This document shows positions 12,679-24,223 of a stretch of DNA of 64,000 nucleotides, one piece after another (the first letter of the stretch is position 1; each line of letters opens with the position of its first letter). The notes beneath the pieces are model-generated. The model ran no database searches. It worked only from the letters and a program-made list of their open reading frames with translations, and was not told where the DNA came from. This DNA is from Iphione sp. A-MEVVRFRX5 (taxonomy: Eukaryota): assembly GCA_976226885.1 (NCBI GenBank), contig OZ320319.1:91822001-91886000 (forward strand), given 5' to 3'. The translations under genes were made by a program, and so were the position numbers.

Positions 12679-13739
12679 TACCCGCCAACTGGAACCCTGG
12701 TCACCGTCCAGGACGTAAAAATGATGCTGAGAACAATTTCCCCAGAAAGAAATACATACATGTGAATAACATATATGTCGAATTGATCTAACGTTTGAAA
12801 TGCAAATGTTGAAATGTGCAAAAAAATTGCCTCGCACGATGCAACGACAAAACCAAGTCTCCGACCCTGAAAAAAAAATTACGACCCTGGCCACCATCCA
12901 CGGCTAAAAAAAATGACGTGAAGGGAAATCCCTGGTCCAGCTATATGTGCGAGTGAATTTAAACTATTTCAAAGTAAAGGCAATATTCAATACCTCAATG
13001 AGATAAATTTACCTGCAATCTGGGCTTTCCAATGCACTATTTAAAATCGAAAAAAAAAAAATCCAACCACGAAGCACTCAACTGTAAACAACGTCAGACG
13101 ACTGAAAACGACGTAAATGAAAAATGCCGCTGACGTCAAAATGCCATTGAGAAATACCCTAGTCCGCCCATGTGTTCCAAATTCCATTAAAAACAATAAA
13201 TATACAAATGATCGCCACATATTACAAAAACTGCGAATATCATTAAAATCTTTCAAAAAAATTCCCATCAACTAACTGAAAACAGGGCGTGGGTCCCAGT
13301 CATCGATACGCTAAACGAGGGCGTGGGTAGCAGTCCAAGAAACATCCCCGCTTCGATGGAATCTTACGATCGAATTTACACAATGTACGTATAAACCTAC
13401 GCCTACACCTCCATATAATATATGAAATTCAGGAGAGAAGTCCCTAAATATGTCAAAATCAATATCTAAAAGGGTCTAATCTCTACCAATTTTAATGAGC
13501 AAAAATCGAATCGACACGTATCCACCATTTTGAATGAGCTTTTTCACAGTAAATCTCCCAGAATCCATTGAGGTCGAACCGGATTTCCGAGACGATGCCT
13601 TTTTATATAAGTAGTGTAATTAAACCACAGAAGGTTTCACACAAAATCCGTTATATAGTTGACTACTAGAAACAAAATTTCATTGGTTAAAGCAATTTAT
13701 ACTGATGTTTTAAAAATACATCAGATATTTGAAATACAT

Positions 13740-14302
13740 AGAATCGAAGGCGATGTCCTACGGCCATAGATATTTTTCCACAGTTGACCGTCCTGAAGGG
13801 TCTTGATTAATCTCTGGATAATGTTGATGATAGGTGCATGAGCGATGTTGCCAAGCATTGTCAAGACATTTTCTTTTTCAGAAAAATGTTAGAGCACTTA
13901 TGATGCCGAGTTCATTCATGATGAAAAATCATATGATAGGTGTTTCTGTAAAGGAAAACAATTGAAGCACTCAGTAAACAAAACAGTTATTCTCCTAAAA
14001 GCCATGATGAATGACTGTCAAGCCTTCATAAATCTCAGAAACACCAAGTGCTTGCATTATAGACTAAATAACTGATGTGAAGAATTATATTACGGTAATT
14101 GGCCACATATTTTGAAGGGCAGACAAAGTGACCTCTGAAGGGTCCACCACGAGATTCTTAGGTTTCCATGATAAGTGCCATTTTTTGAATATTTGTAAAG
14201 ATTCAATAATGCTAGGGGTGTCTTCATCGTTAATAACAAATGCACCTACTACAATATAAGTTCATTTACTATAACACATAGGAAAAAAGTAGGAGCTGGT
14301 AC
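13740..14302 (-). pseudogene. MULE-like transposase, upstream exon (DDE core region), degraded
   Basis: After the acceptor ctctccag (14302) it reads TFFLCV..YIVVGAFVINDEDTPSIIESLQIFKKWHLSWKPKNLVVDPSEVTLSALQNMWP, then SEKENVLTMLGNIAHAP...LWKN. This is collinear with the 1535 exon across the Helitron. Confidence 0.7.
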
Positions 14303-15329
14303 CTGGAGAGAATGTACAATGTATAATTAATCTGCAATTATTCTTGAGACTATATTAAATTGAAAAATTCATAAAATTTCATCAGGCTTTTTTTTCGAAT
14401 CTGATACAAGTTGGCAAATCTCTAACAAAATGCAGTCAAATTCAGATATTCTAATTATAAAAAGCAACTAAACAAAATGAATATTTGAGAGATATTCGTA
14501 AGAATGATTTGTGGACAGAAATAGAAATTATTTGGGTCTTTTGTCTTACCATTCGGGTATGTGATGTACCAAATTCCCTTGACCACTTCACATTAATGTT
14601 ATAGCATTTAAATATCTCAGCAAGCAGTATTGAGTATCTTCATACTAGTAACGCCAAGTTTCACAGTATAAAGTCAAGGTCAAAACTGAAGTCAGAGAAG
14701 GCAAGGAAGGTAAAAGCACACATGTGTACTGAAGGAAATTGAAGAAACCTGGAGCTTGGAACCGTGTCCTGGAGCTTGGAAAGAGATTACAGGAACCAGT
14801 CGACTGGGACATCTTTTGGTTAAATGACAGTTGTTTGAAATTGTTCCAGTAGTGTTGATTGACTGCCCAATGATGACAGGAAACTACTACATGATGCGCG
14901 GTCGGCTCAACCAGATAAGCGTGGCAGCATCATAGACACCCATGAACAACATAAGAGACAGTTATGTAATGCTTTTGCTATAAAATGTATCGTATTGTAA
15001 CAGATTCATGTGGTGGGTGAATGGAACGGGTGTGAAGAGAGAGGGGGTTTTATGTTATTGGCACAGTGTTGAATTGTTTCAACAAATAAGCTTACATAAC
15101 ATTGTCACACTGCCCGGATTGCAGATCCTTGACTACTTCTATGAGCCAGTCTGTAAAATAAATGGATCGTTCTACTAAGTACTATTTACAGTAATTCTGT
15201 TGGATTGAGCTAATAATTTTTGTTTCTTTATATTCATATTATTATTACCATTGTCATTATTTGTCTTCCAATAACAGCATTACTTACTCCTAAAATGCTT
15301 TACCACTGACCTGATTCGGGCCCAGCTGT

Positions 15330-15870
15330 TCTGTGGGCAGGTTCACTCCTTGCCACTTACACCACTGTCCAAGGTGTGACATCAGTGTGTTGATGTACTT
15401 GGACACACCTTGATGGGTGTTGACACGCTGTCCATCACTAAAAAAGTGAGGGTCCGGCTCTCCTCCTTTCAGAAAGGAAGTTTGCATATAAAGCACCGAT
15501 CCTGCATCATGCTGGTGTACACACTTCTCAGTGAAGGTGTTAGCAGTCCTGACTTGTGCATAGAGTGTTTTGCCCAAGTCTCTTGGCCATGGCAGCAGTG
15601 TGGTGAAAAAGACATTGGATCTGAAAAATGTCTTCTTCATGAAGAGGACCAACTTTATACAGCACCTCAAAATGTGCTTCACCATGCTGGAGATTGTTGG
15701 TCCCCACGACCACAACAATGAAGGGAAACTGGTGATACTTCCCTCCGTTTTCCTTAAGCTCCTCCATCAGATCTTCTATATGTGCACCCAGACTGAAGGA
15801 AACATGTAGCTTGGGATGCCACATGTGGCACACAATGCAGTCATCTATCAGGAGAATACCTCCCATTTTG
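15330..15870 (-). pseudogene. SGNH/GDSL hydrolase-like ORF remnant, retroelement-associated
   Basis: Two frameshifted ORFs give LLIDDCIV (GDS block decayed), GAHIEDL, VVVVGTNN (block III), TTLLPWP and FSDGQRVN (DGxHxN block decayed). SGNH domains are known in CR1/L2 ORF1 and in Ngaro elements; the parent element is not identified. Confidence 0.6.
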
Positions 15871-16259
15871 CTGCTGAAAATGAAGTAAATTTCCATCAAG
15901 TCCCAATGAGTACTGCCAAATGTCATTCTAAAGTTATTCAGTCAGACATCATTATGCAGAAAGGCTTTCTGTAACTACCTTCATCCATATATAATAAACA
16001 GGAAAGTACACAAAAATGGTGATTTTCACTATAGAATTTTATTTAAATATGAGGTATTTTACACAATTCCACCTGGATAGATGATATTTGACTGTGGATA
16101 ATCTTAATCTACTAGTTCAAAAAATCTAACAAAGTAAAGTGTCTTTGAACCACACAATATCTATGAAGGCAATCAATACTGGTCAATGTTGATTAGATGG
16201 AGTCTGAATGAATGTGAAACAAGTATGTAGATTACTGGCTGTTATGTTACGTAGGGGCA

Positions 16260-16470
16260 ACACCTGCATCCAACAAGTGTCCACCTAACCACAATGGGGA
16301 CACCTGGGCTAGTGTGGGATAGGTGCTGCTTGAGGGGATGTTTGTGTGCAAGAAAGAGGTGAATTTAAATTTTCATGACAATACCTACTGCATCCAGCAA
16401 GGGTCCACTTAACCACATGGAGGGTTACCTGGGATAGTGTGGGATAGGTGCCTTTTCGGGGAATGTGATG
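16260..16470. repeat. diverged tandem pair, about 120-bp unit
   Basis: ctgcatccaRcaagKgtccacYtaaccaca...acctggg.tagtgtgggataggtgc occurs twice, at about 16260 and 16385. Confidence 0.75.
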
Positions 16471-16499
16471 TAGAATATACCAAATCAGAGGATAATACG

Positions 16500-18700
16500 G
16501 CTAAGTCTATACAACAAGCAGCAGTATATAAGTCATTGTACCATATATAACCTGGTTGTTCTGGAAAGTGGTATCTCCATCGGTCACAAAGATCAAGATT
16601 AGATTAGAGCTTATATGTTGTATCAGTAGTTTGTCAAGGAGTTTGAGAACTAGTTGACATTCTATCCAATGGTAGATTGCATGAAAAATGCAGGCTCATT
16701 TATGTCAAATTCAGTTGACTCCAACAGGGAATTCTGATCACAAAATGATATGAAATTTCTTAGATCTTTGTGATAATACACAGCACCTCCATCATAGAAG
16801 GTGATGTTAAATCTGTTTCCATGAAATGTAACTAGTTTGTTGTCAACACCTTGCGTTTCCAAAGAGTACTTCCATAATGAATGCACACCTGCTTTATCAC
16901 ATGCATGTGATGTTAAAGCCTTGCTTGTTGTTCGAATCATTCTAACTGCTCTGCTCTCTGTTGAGCCATATGCAAATGGATTTCTTCCCCAGCAACATTT
17001 GATTGAAACTCGTCAGAGTCTGTGGCAAAGTTAACAACAATGTGCATTTTACAGAAGTAGTTGGACATCTCTATGATTTTTTCTTTCGGTGTTGACAGAC
17101 AATTGCAGTCTTTCACTGCTTGTTCCAGAGCTGTCTTTCTAAGTTCCAAGAGGGAAGCATTAAAGGAAGGATTTATTGAATCTTGGTCAGACATGGTATG
17201 TTTGATAGATGCTATTAATCTAGCAACAAGATTTTCATCTCCTGATGAAATAGCTTCTCCAAGTTGCCTTATGACATCTGAAAAAGCTGCTGTTAACTCA
17301 TGCATTGATCCAGCAGCGGTTTCTGTCAATCCAATTGACATTGTTTTTCCACTTGGGAGAGTTACTGGAAGCTTTAAAAATGGTGATGGTATTTGGTTGT
17401 TTGATTTGAATGGAGAACGTTTCCGCTGAGTTTGAATGGATTTGTCTCATATAGCAGCTTCTCTCCAATATGCTGACTTGCAACTGCTTTTGCTTCAACG
17501 AAGAGTTTGCTAAGAATTCCTTTGGATTGCATCTCACCTATCTCTTTCCCTGTTAAATTTTTTATGGCAATGGAGATTACTTGATTAACTTTGGACATGC
17601 TGACATTACACTCTGTGAGCAGTATCATAATTGTTTATCGAAGTTCATTGATAAAACAGCCCTCTTGGAAGGTTTCAATTATCTCCCTATTCATGATTGA
17701 CTGAAGGTCTTCAAAATATTCAAGGTCCTTGTGATCATCAATCATATACTGTAGTTGTGATATTGTTTCATGTTTTTAGCATGTACTTCCTTTGTTTTAC
17801 TTTTCTTTTGTAGACTGTAGCATTTTTTTGAACATTACTAATCTTTTGATTGAATATTTTAACTTGACTCTCCAGTTCTGCAATTCTCATTTTACTTGCC
17901 TCTGTATCAAGCACTTGTTCTTCTAACTGCTGGGTGTTTTTCTGCTCTTTTACTTTGTCATCTATGCGCTTCAGCTTTTTTGTCATGTTCCTCAGCGCTT
18001 TATGTCTCTCGGCCCCTTTTTTGCAGACATTTTTGAGTTCTTTCTGAAGTATTTCACATTTTTCTTCTAGCTGTTGATTTCTCTTGTAAACGGTTTTCTC
18101 AGAAAGTTTGCTTTCTGCTGATTTAGTATTCTCTGAAAGTTCTTGAATCTTTTCAGACAGTGCCTCATTGTCTATTATGAATTTTGCATTCATTTCTCTG
18201 ACCGCAGCAATTTGACAGTTGAAGCTGTCAATAATGATTCAGTGTTCACAACAAGGTTGATAGTCAGTGTTCTCTACAGATGGTTGTTCTGGTTTAGGTG
18301 TCCTTAGGACAAAGGGCAAAAAGAAGAAATTGAATTCCTTTGACTTTTTTTCTATTCGTCTCATTTTGGTGAGTGTTTTTGAAGACGGGTAACTTTTGTA
18401 TGCAAAATGTGTTCACGCATCTCTTTTGTTTCATGCATGAATACTGAAATGACTTTATGCATACTTTTCATCTTTAGGCAACATATGTTGTGATCTCTAA
18501 AACTGATCCATTTGTTAAGATAAGGTTTTTCACATCTCGTCTTTACATTAAGAATGGCATCAATCATGTTTGGGGAGATTCTTTGCTGGGAAGTGAATGA
18601 AATCTGGTAGGTATGTAGATGTATGAACTCCATTTTAAGCAATTCTCACAAGGGAAAATCATGATTAATATTTTAATCCAAAGATGCAGAAAAACAAGAA
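16500..18700 (-). pseudogene. unassigned DDE-type DNA transposase remnant (CxxH group)
   Basis: Collinear fragments: coiled coil; LLTECNVSMSKVNQVI..EAKAVA; GNVLHSNQTTKYHH; SIGLTE; IKHTMSDQDSINPSFN; NYFCKMHIVVNFA; RTTSKALTSHACDKAGV; FHGNRFNITFY. Many stops; the C-terminus is missing below about 16500. Confidence 0.6.
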
Positions 18701-18860
18701 CAGGAATACAGTAATGCTAATAGAAAAAAATATTTTAATATAAAATGAGATTGCCTATTATCCTCTGTCGTGACAGGTGTTGGACTTGTAGACAGCTGTG
18801 CTAAGTTGACCTAACATAAATATGTGCTGTACTGTCCCATTTTACCTGAATGCCATGCAT

Positions 18861-19508
18861 ACAATTTCAAGTGGGTTAGCAACAAAAGCAAAACGAGGCA
18901 AAGTTTGCATTGATAGAGTATTATTTATTCTGCATAACTCCATACAATACTGTACTAGTAAATATAAACATAACTACTAAACATAAAAGTGATTAACATA
19001 TGTAAGATATATTAGTAAAACATTGAGGGCAATATGCAAGGACAGGGATACAAAGCAGCAGTATAGCACGTTACGTTAGGTCAACATATTGAGCATTGTA
19101 TGTGATTACATTTTATGTTATAGTTATTGTTATTGATGATATCATCTAATATTTAAGAATATTGTTACTTATCTGTTACTTAATTGTTACTTAACAATTT
19201 CAAGTGGGTTAGCAACAAAAGCAAAACGAGGCAAAGTTTGCATTGATAGAGTATTATTTATTCTGCATAACTCCATACAACACTGTACTAGTAAATATAA
19301 ACATAACTACTAAACATAAAAGTGATTAACATGTGTAAGATATATTAGTAATACATTAAGGGCAATATGCAAGGACAGGGATATAAAGCAGCAGTATAGC
19401 ACGTTACGTTAGGTTAACATATTGAGCATTGCATGTGATTACAGTTTCTGTTACAGTTATTGTTATTGATGATATTATCTAATATTTAAGAATATTGTTA
19501 CTTATCTG
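18861..19508. repeat. 333-bp tandem duplication
   Basis: acaatttcaagtgggttagcaacaaaagc...gaatattgttacttatctg starts at 18861 and 19194, with high identity. Confidence 0.95.
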
Positions 19509-22349
19509 AGATATGTGATTGATGTTGTCTTCTTACACTTTCGGATGCCAATTGCAAGGTGTTGTCAATGTTACTGTTTACTTCCTCCAGAGTATGACTG
19601 GGGTGTAACATTACTTATAATTTCGTATAGGGTACTGTACTAAAGATGGACAATTAGTGACTATTCGTTATCACATCACCATGTTATTCCTATCTAGATC
19701 CACCTTTACTGTTATGTGCAGTGTCCGTTGAGATACCACAGTTCCTTTTTGTATATGTATCTATATTAAAAACTTATAGAATATATAAAATATTCACAAA
19801 TTTGTGCCTTAGTAGTTTTGAACATATTTCCAGTAATTTCTCTGTTCATGAAATATAATTAAGCATGAAGTTGTACACTTGAAAGTATACATTAAAAGCT
19901 CCAGAACACCTTGGTTTAAAAAAAGTATTTTTTATTCATTCTAAAAGAAAGTCTTAGTATGGTTCCCAAAAAAAATGTCATGACCTCGATGCAATCATCA
20001 CATCAGACCCGGCGGGGGTAAACTGCAGAATGAAGGAAAAGATTACATACATAGATAAACAGAAATACCGTCTATATACCCTGGATCATAACCCACTCTT
20101 GAAGGACATGTTGTAAATTTTGAATTTCAAAATCGAATCTTTATGTTGCACTCTGTTGCCTGCTATACCTCAAGCAATTAAGCAAACAAGATGAAGTGTA
20201 AGCAGAACACAAGTAACAAGGAGTGATTAAACATAGAAATTGCCAAGAACATCTTAACAATGCAGGAACTGTTCTGCCGTAACGCTTGTTCAAAAATTTA
20301 TATAGGTACCGACCAATCATTGGCACAATTTGTAGTTCCAAGACACACTGTCAAATGAAGGCATCAGCAAATTCATGGGAATCTTACCGATAACTGAATA
20401 AGTCAAATCAGTAAACATTGCACTGAATGGATGTGGTCAAACAAATATTGCTTCTTGTAACGTCTGCGATATAACACATTATGGTGTGCATCAAGTTAGG
20501 CAAGGGAAATACAGAGTTGATGTTTATTTTTTAGTTTTACCATGATGCTCAAAGGAATTCACCACACCGCTAGACATGATGCTAGTGACCTGTTAGTAGG
20601 GAAATTGTATGGGGTTAGTATCAGTTGTGGATTTAAAGGATGCACAAAAGAAGCTTGAAACAGCAAGTAACTTTTTGAAAGCTTTGTATCAGTTGCCTCA
20701 CATTACTTGTTTTGGATTTACTCAAGCTAAGTAAGTTATTTCTGGACAACACAAAAGAATTATCAACCAAATATTCTGTTCTCGATGATGACACTTACCC
20801 TCTTCTTGATGAGCCAGCCCAACAGCATGATAACTTGGGGGTAGAGAAGCAAGAACCAGCAATAGCATACCCGCACGATGAACAGCGGCACATCTTCACT
20901 GGAAGTAAGAGTTTGCCTTATTACTGCTCTTCCTTATCACATCAGGGTAAGACGTGTACATCTATCTGCACATGTAAACACATGTACATTGGCTGTACAA
21001 TTTGTAAATGGCTCCAAGAAAGTATGGAAAAGGTTTTGTCTACTGACATTACATAAGAGTAACACATTCCTTGGTATGCCAGATACGATGACAGTAAAAC
21101 TCAACTGTGCATGATAAATAAATATGTGAACTAGAAATTTGTAACCTCAACTTTCATTGTCTCCTTTTGTTTTAGCAGTTTCTTGTGCTTATTGTTAATT
21201 AGTACATGAAAAGTTGGGTCGCACGCAGCCCACAGCTGGTATCATTTTTGACATTTTGATTTATACAAAGACATTAGGATGGCATTTTCCCATTCTTCTA
21301 TGTGCAATAGTTCCCAAGTTATGACAGGTTTTCCCTTTACCTGCCCCTCGACATTAGTGATCACTAGAACATGAAACTGAATAACAACACGGATTTGAAT
21401 AAACTCTCTTTATTGATGCAAAATTTTGATTAAAAGCAATATTTACGACTTGCATGGAAAGAAGCTGGATATAAAAAAAAATAAAGAAGAAATGAAATAG
21501 GCACTTCTGTCCATCTGAAACTTTTATTTACAATTAATTGACAATTAAAAAAATTATATAATCATGACAGGAATTCCTTTAAAGCGGTTTCCTCGACGGG
21601 TTGTCTCTTTAGATGATTGGAACATCTGTTCTGACTGAAAGAGAATACCATGCAAATTACATTACTATTTGGCACAGTTCACTTTTATAGTGCAGCACTC
21701 CTAAGCTCCTTGCCCACTTTAAAAGTTACTATCAATCAATTCAGTTTATCTGAACGAGCCTCTAAGTGACATACAATGTGTATTTTGGAAGATGCTTCAT
21801 TTGACCTTATTTACAGGCCAATGACAAATTATTTGTTTACTTTTCATGAATTTAATACAAACAGATAGTACCAGTAACCATAGATAACTGGGAAAAAACT
21901 TGATTGAAAGAAATGATAGAATATGAAAAGGTAACAGAACGTTTACTTAAAGGAGACATGTAACATTCCTGTCCTAAGTGAAATGACTAACGGCAGACGA
22001 AGGAGACCACCCAACACATTACGCACTGTTAGTGGTCAAGAAGATTCAGTACTTATTGCATTTAAGACTGTATGTATATTTGATGGATATGTATATAATC
22101 ATTCCCAGTAAGGCTTTAACCATATTAAAATTGAATCCATACCAAAAGCACTACACAAACTTCAGGTGGAGTATGCACTATGGACCCGTCGACTTGCGAA
22201 AGGGGCGTGGCCTTGTGATGCTGTCATAGCGGTCACTCTAGCGTCACTCTAACGGCACCTCGGCAAAGAAAGCCGTGCGGCGTGTACATATTTTTGCATG
22301 ATTCGGCCCCCAAAAAACATCTATGCAAGTAAATCATCCGTTATTAAAC

Positions 22350-23065
22350 CAAAGTGTAATAGTGACACTCCACCTTGCATGTACTACTAGCGGCATCATT
22401 ACTGATGTGTTTCTGTTAATGGTACTGATCTTGTTGCTATCTATCCATAGTGCACTAGTGACATTTCACCTTGCATGTATGACTAGCGGCATCTGTACTG
22501 ATGCATTTCTATTACTGGTACTGATCTTGTTTCTATCTAACCAGAGTGTAATAGTGACACTCCACCTTGCATGTACTACTAGTGGCATCTGTACTGATGT
22601 GTTTGTGTTACTGGTACTGATCTCGTTACTATCTAACAAGAGTGTAATAGTGACACTCCACCTTGCATGTACTACTAGTGGCATCGGTACTGATGTGTTT
22701 CTGTTAATGGTACTGATCTCATTGCTATCTATCCATAGTGCACTAGTGACGCTTCACCTTTCATGTACGGCTAGCGGCATCTGTACTGATGTGTTTCTGT
22801 TACTGGTACTGATCTCGTTGCTATCTAACCAGAGTGTACTAGTAACACTCCACCTTGCATGTACTACTTGCGGCGTCTGTACTGATGTGTTTCTGTTAAT
22901 GGTACTGATCTCGTTGCTATCTAACCAGAGTGTATTAGTGACACTCCACCTTGCATGTACGACTAGCGGCATGTGTACTGATGTGTTTCTGTTTATGGTA
23001 CTGATCTTGTTACTATCTAACCAGAGTGTACTAGTTACACTTCGCCTTGCATAAACTATTAGCGG
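22350..23065. repeat. 96-bp minisatellite, about 7.5 copies
   Basis: Unit ccagagtgtaatagtgacactccaccttgcatgtactactagcggcatctgtactgatgtgtttctg...atctaa. It produces the 32-aa periodicity of ORF 22323-23054, which is a repeat artefact. Confidence 0.95.
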
Positions 23066-23279
23066 CATACTACTATATCCCATATGCAATAAAAGCTCAT
23101 AGAATGACACTTCACTTACAATTTTTTTCATATGAATGAACACTGAAATGAACAGTAGTAGCTGAGGTAGTGATGAAAGATATTTTAAATCATGTGTTGT
23201 ATTGCAGTAATCTGAAGTATGATTTTGGGTAATGAATCTTAGAAAAATGTTTTAATAAAAATTATGAGAGAACACTTAC

Positions 23280-24223
23280 GAGATGTGCCATTCCAGATGT
23301 AGCATACACTTGTCCGAAAGCAGTGTCTTTCAATTGTTTTGGCCCAGATATCAGGTAGAAGATTGGAATCCAGTGAACCCAGCAAATTGATATCAATTCC
23401 CTGGGTCAGCTCGGTTCTGCAAGGAATATCATAGGATGAAAGCCAAGCCATAACAAAGTAGAAATAGTAAAGTACAAAGTAAAGATGAACATCATATACT
23501 AGTGTAAATAATTTAAAACCAAGGAAATTATCTGGGAGAGTAACTTATGTGTTGTCCACATATGTCTCCTGCAGTGGCTTCTTCTTACGCATGTCTTTGG
23601 CCGGGTTATAAAAGGTCATCCCGACCTTTGGGCCTGGTACAATCTTAGGACCCCTTGGCTGATCCCAGATCTGCTGGGTTGAGGTTGAGGCAGCCCGGTC
23701 AGGGGTATCCACATACCCGTCCAGTTGCCATTTCCTCAACGTCAGCACCAGGCCCACCACAAGAGCACCAGCCATGCAACCTAAAGGCAAAAACAATAAT
23801 CAATATAGTACATATTTAAATGAAATGGATGTTTGTTAAGATGTAATAAGTGCAGTGTGTATTTTACAAATGTAGCCCTTACAGACATGGTCAAACTGTT
23901 TTTAGGAAAATGAAAATAATTTACCAATAATACACTAGCTAAACAAATATTTACCCTATAGAGCAGGTGCAGGTGGGGTAGGTTATGGCCATCTTCTTCA
24001 CAGTTATGCGTATTGTGTGCGGGGCCTTTGTCTTTCGCATACTGCGATAGCACTTAGCCCGCATAGCTAATGTCGATCCTTCTTTGTAGAGTTCTACATC
24101 GAAGAAGTAGTGCTCTCTCTGGAATTTGCGCCCATGGATTACCTGCTCGAATTTTGGGCGCGGCTTGATGAACGACAGCCCAAATGCCTTCGGCAAATCT
24201 GTAAGGTAGCCCTTTCCAGACAT
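23280..24223 (-). pseudogene. N-terminal exons 1-3 of a second ISL2EU-type SWIM/exonuclease gene, truncated
   Basis: Exon 1 (24223-23955): LTDLP..AKCYRSMRKTKAPH..CTCSIG. Exon 2 (23780-~23550): LHGWCS[fs]VVGLVLTL..STSTQQIWDQPRG..YVDN, with the donor mutated. Exon 3 (ending 23280): YLISGPKQLKDTAFGQ. Exon layout matches 26881-28606. No YqaJ exon was found. Confidence 0.75.

Larger units (their letters stand above)
1711..13620 (-). mobile_element. Helitron (RepHel-OTU), about 11.9 kb, inserted in an intron of the MULE gene
   Basis: Contains the Rep/helicase ORF. Candidate 3' end: minus-strand CTAG|T at 1711-1714, preceded 7 nt upstream by a decayed hairpin (CCATG-ctattt-CAcTGG, 1722-1738). Candidate 5' end: TACACTACTTATATAAAAAG at about 13601-13619. 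MULE exons flank both sides. The element identity is firm; the termini are less so. Confidence 0.8.

Noticed and set aside
14640-15000. Plus-strand stretch with a partly open frame (LFEIVPVVLIDCP..)
   Set aside because: No recognisable motif, and stops in all frames.
20140-21115. ORF fragments including LLDEPAQ (possible SF1 helicase remnant)
   Set aside because: Only one short motif-like match, with no collinear supporting motifs on either strand.
21566-21980. TTAA-AGG Kolobok-like ends (..ggaattcct TTAA at about 21578; TTAA aggagacatg at 21947)
   Set aside because: The two candidate ends face away from each other and no matching partner TIR was found.
22323-23054. 243-aa hydrophobic ORF that looks like a membrane protein
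   Set aside because: It is a translation of the 96-bp minisatellite, whose unit is a multiple of 3; the opposite strand also gives repeat ORFs.
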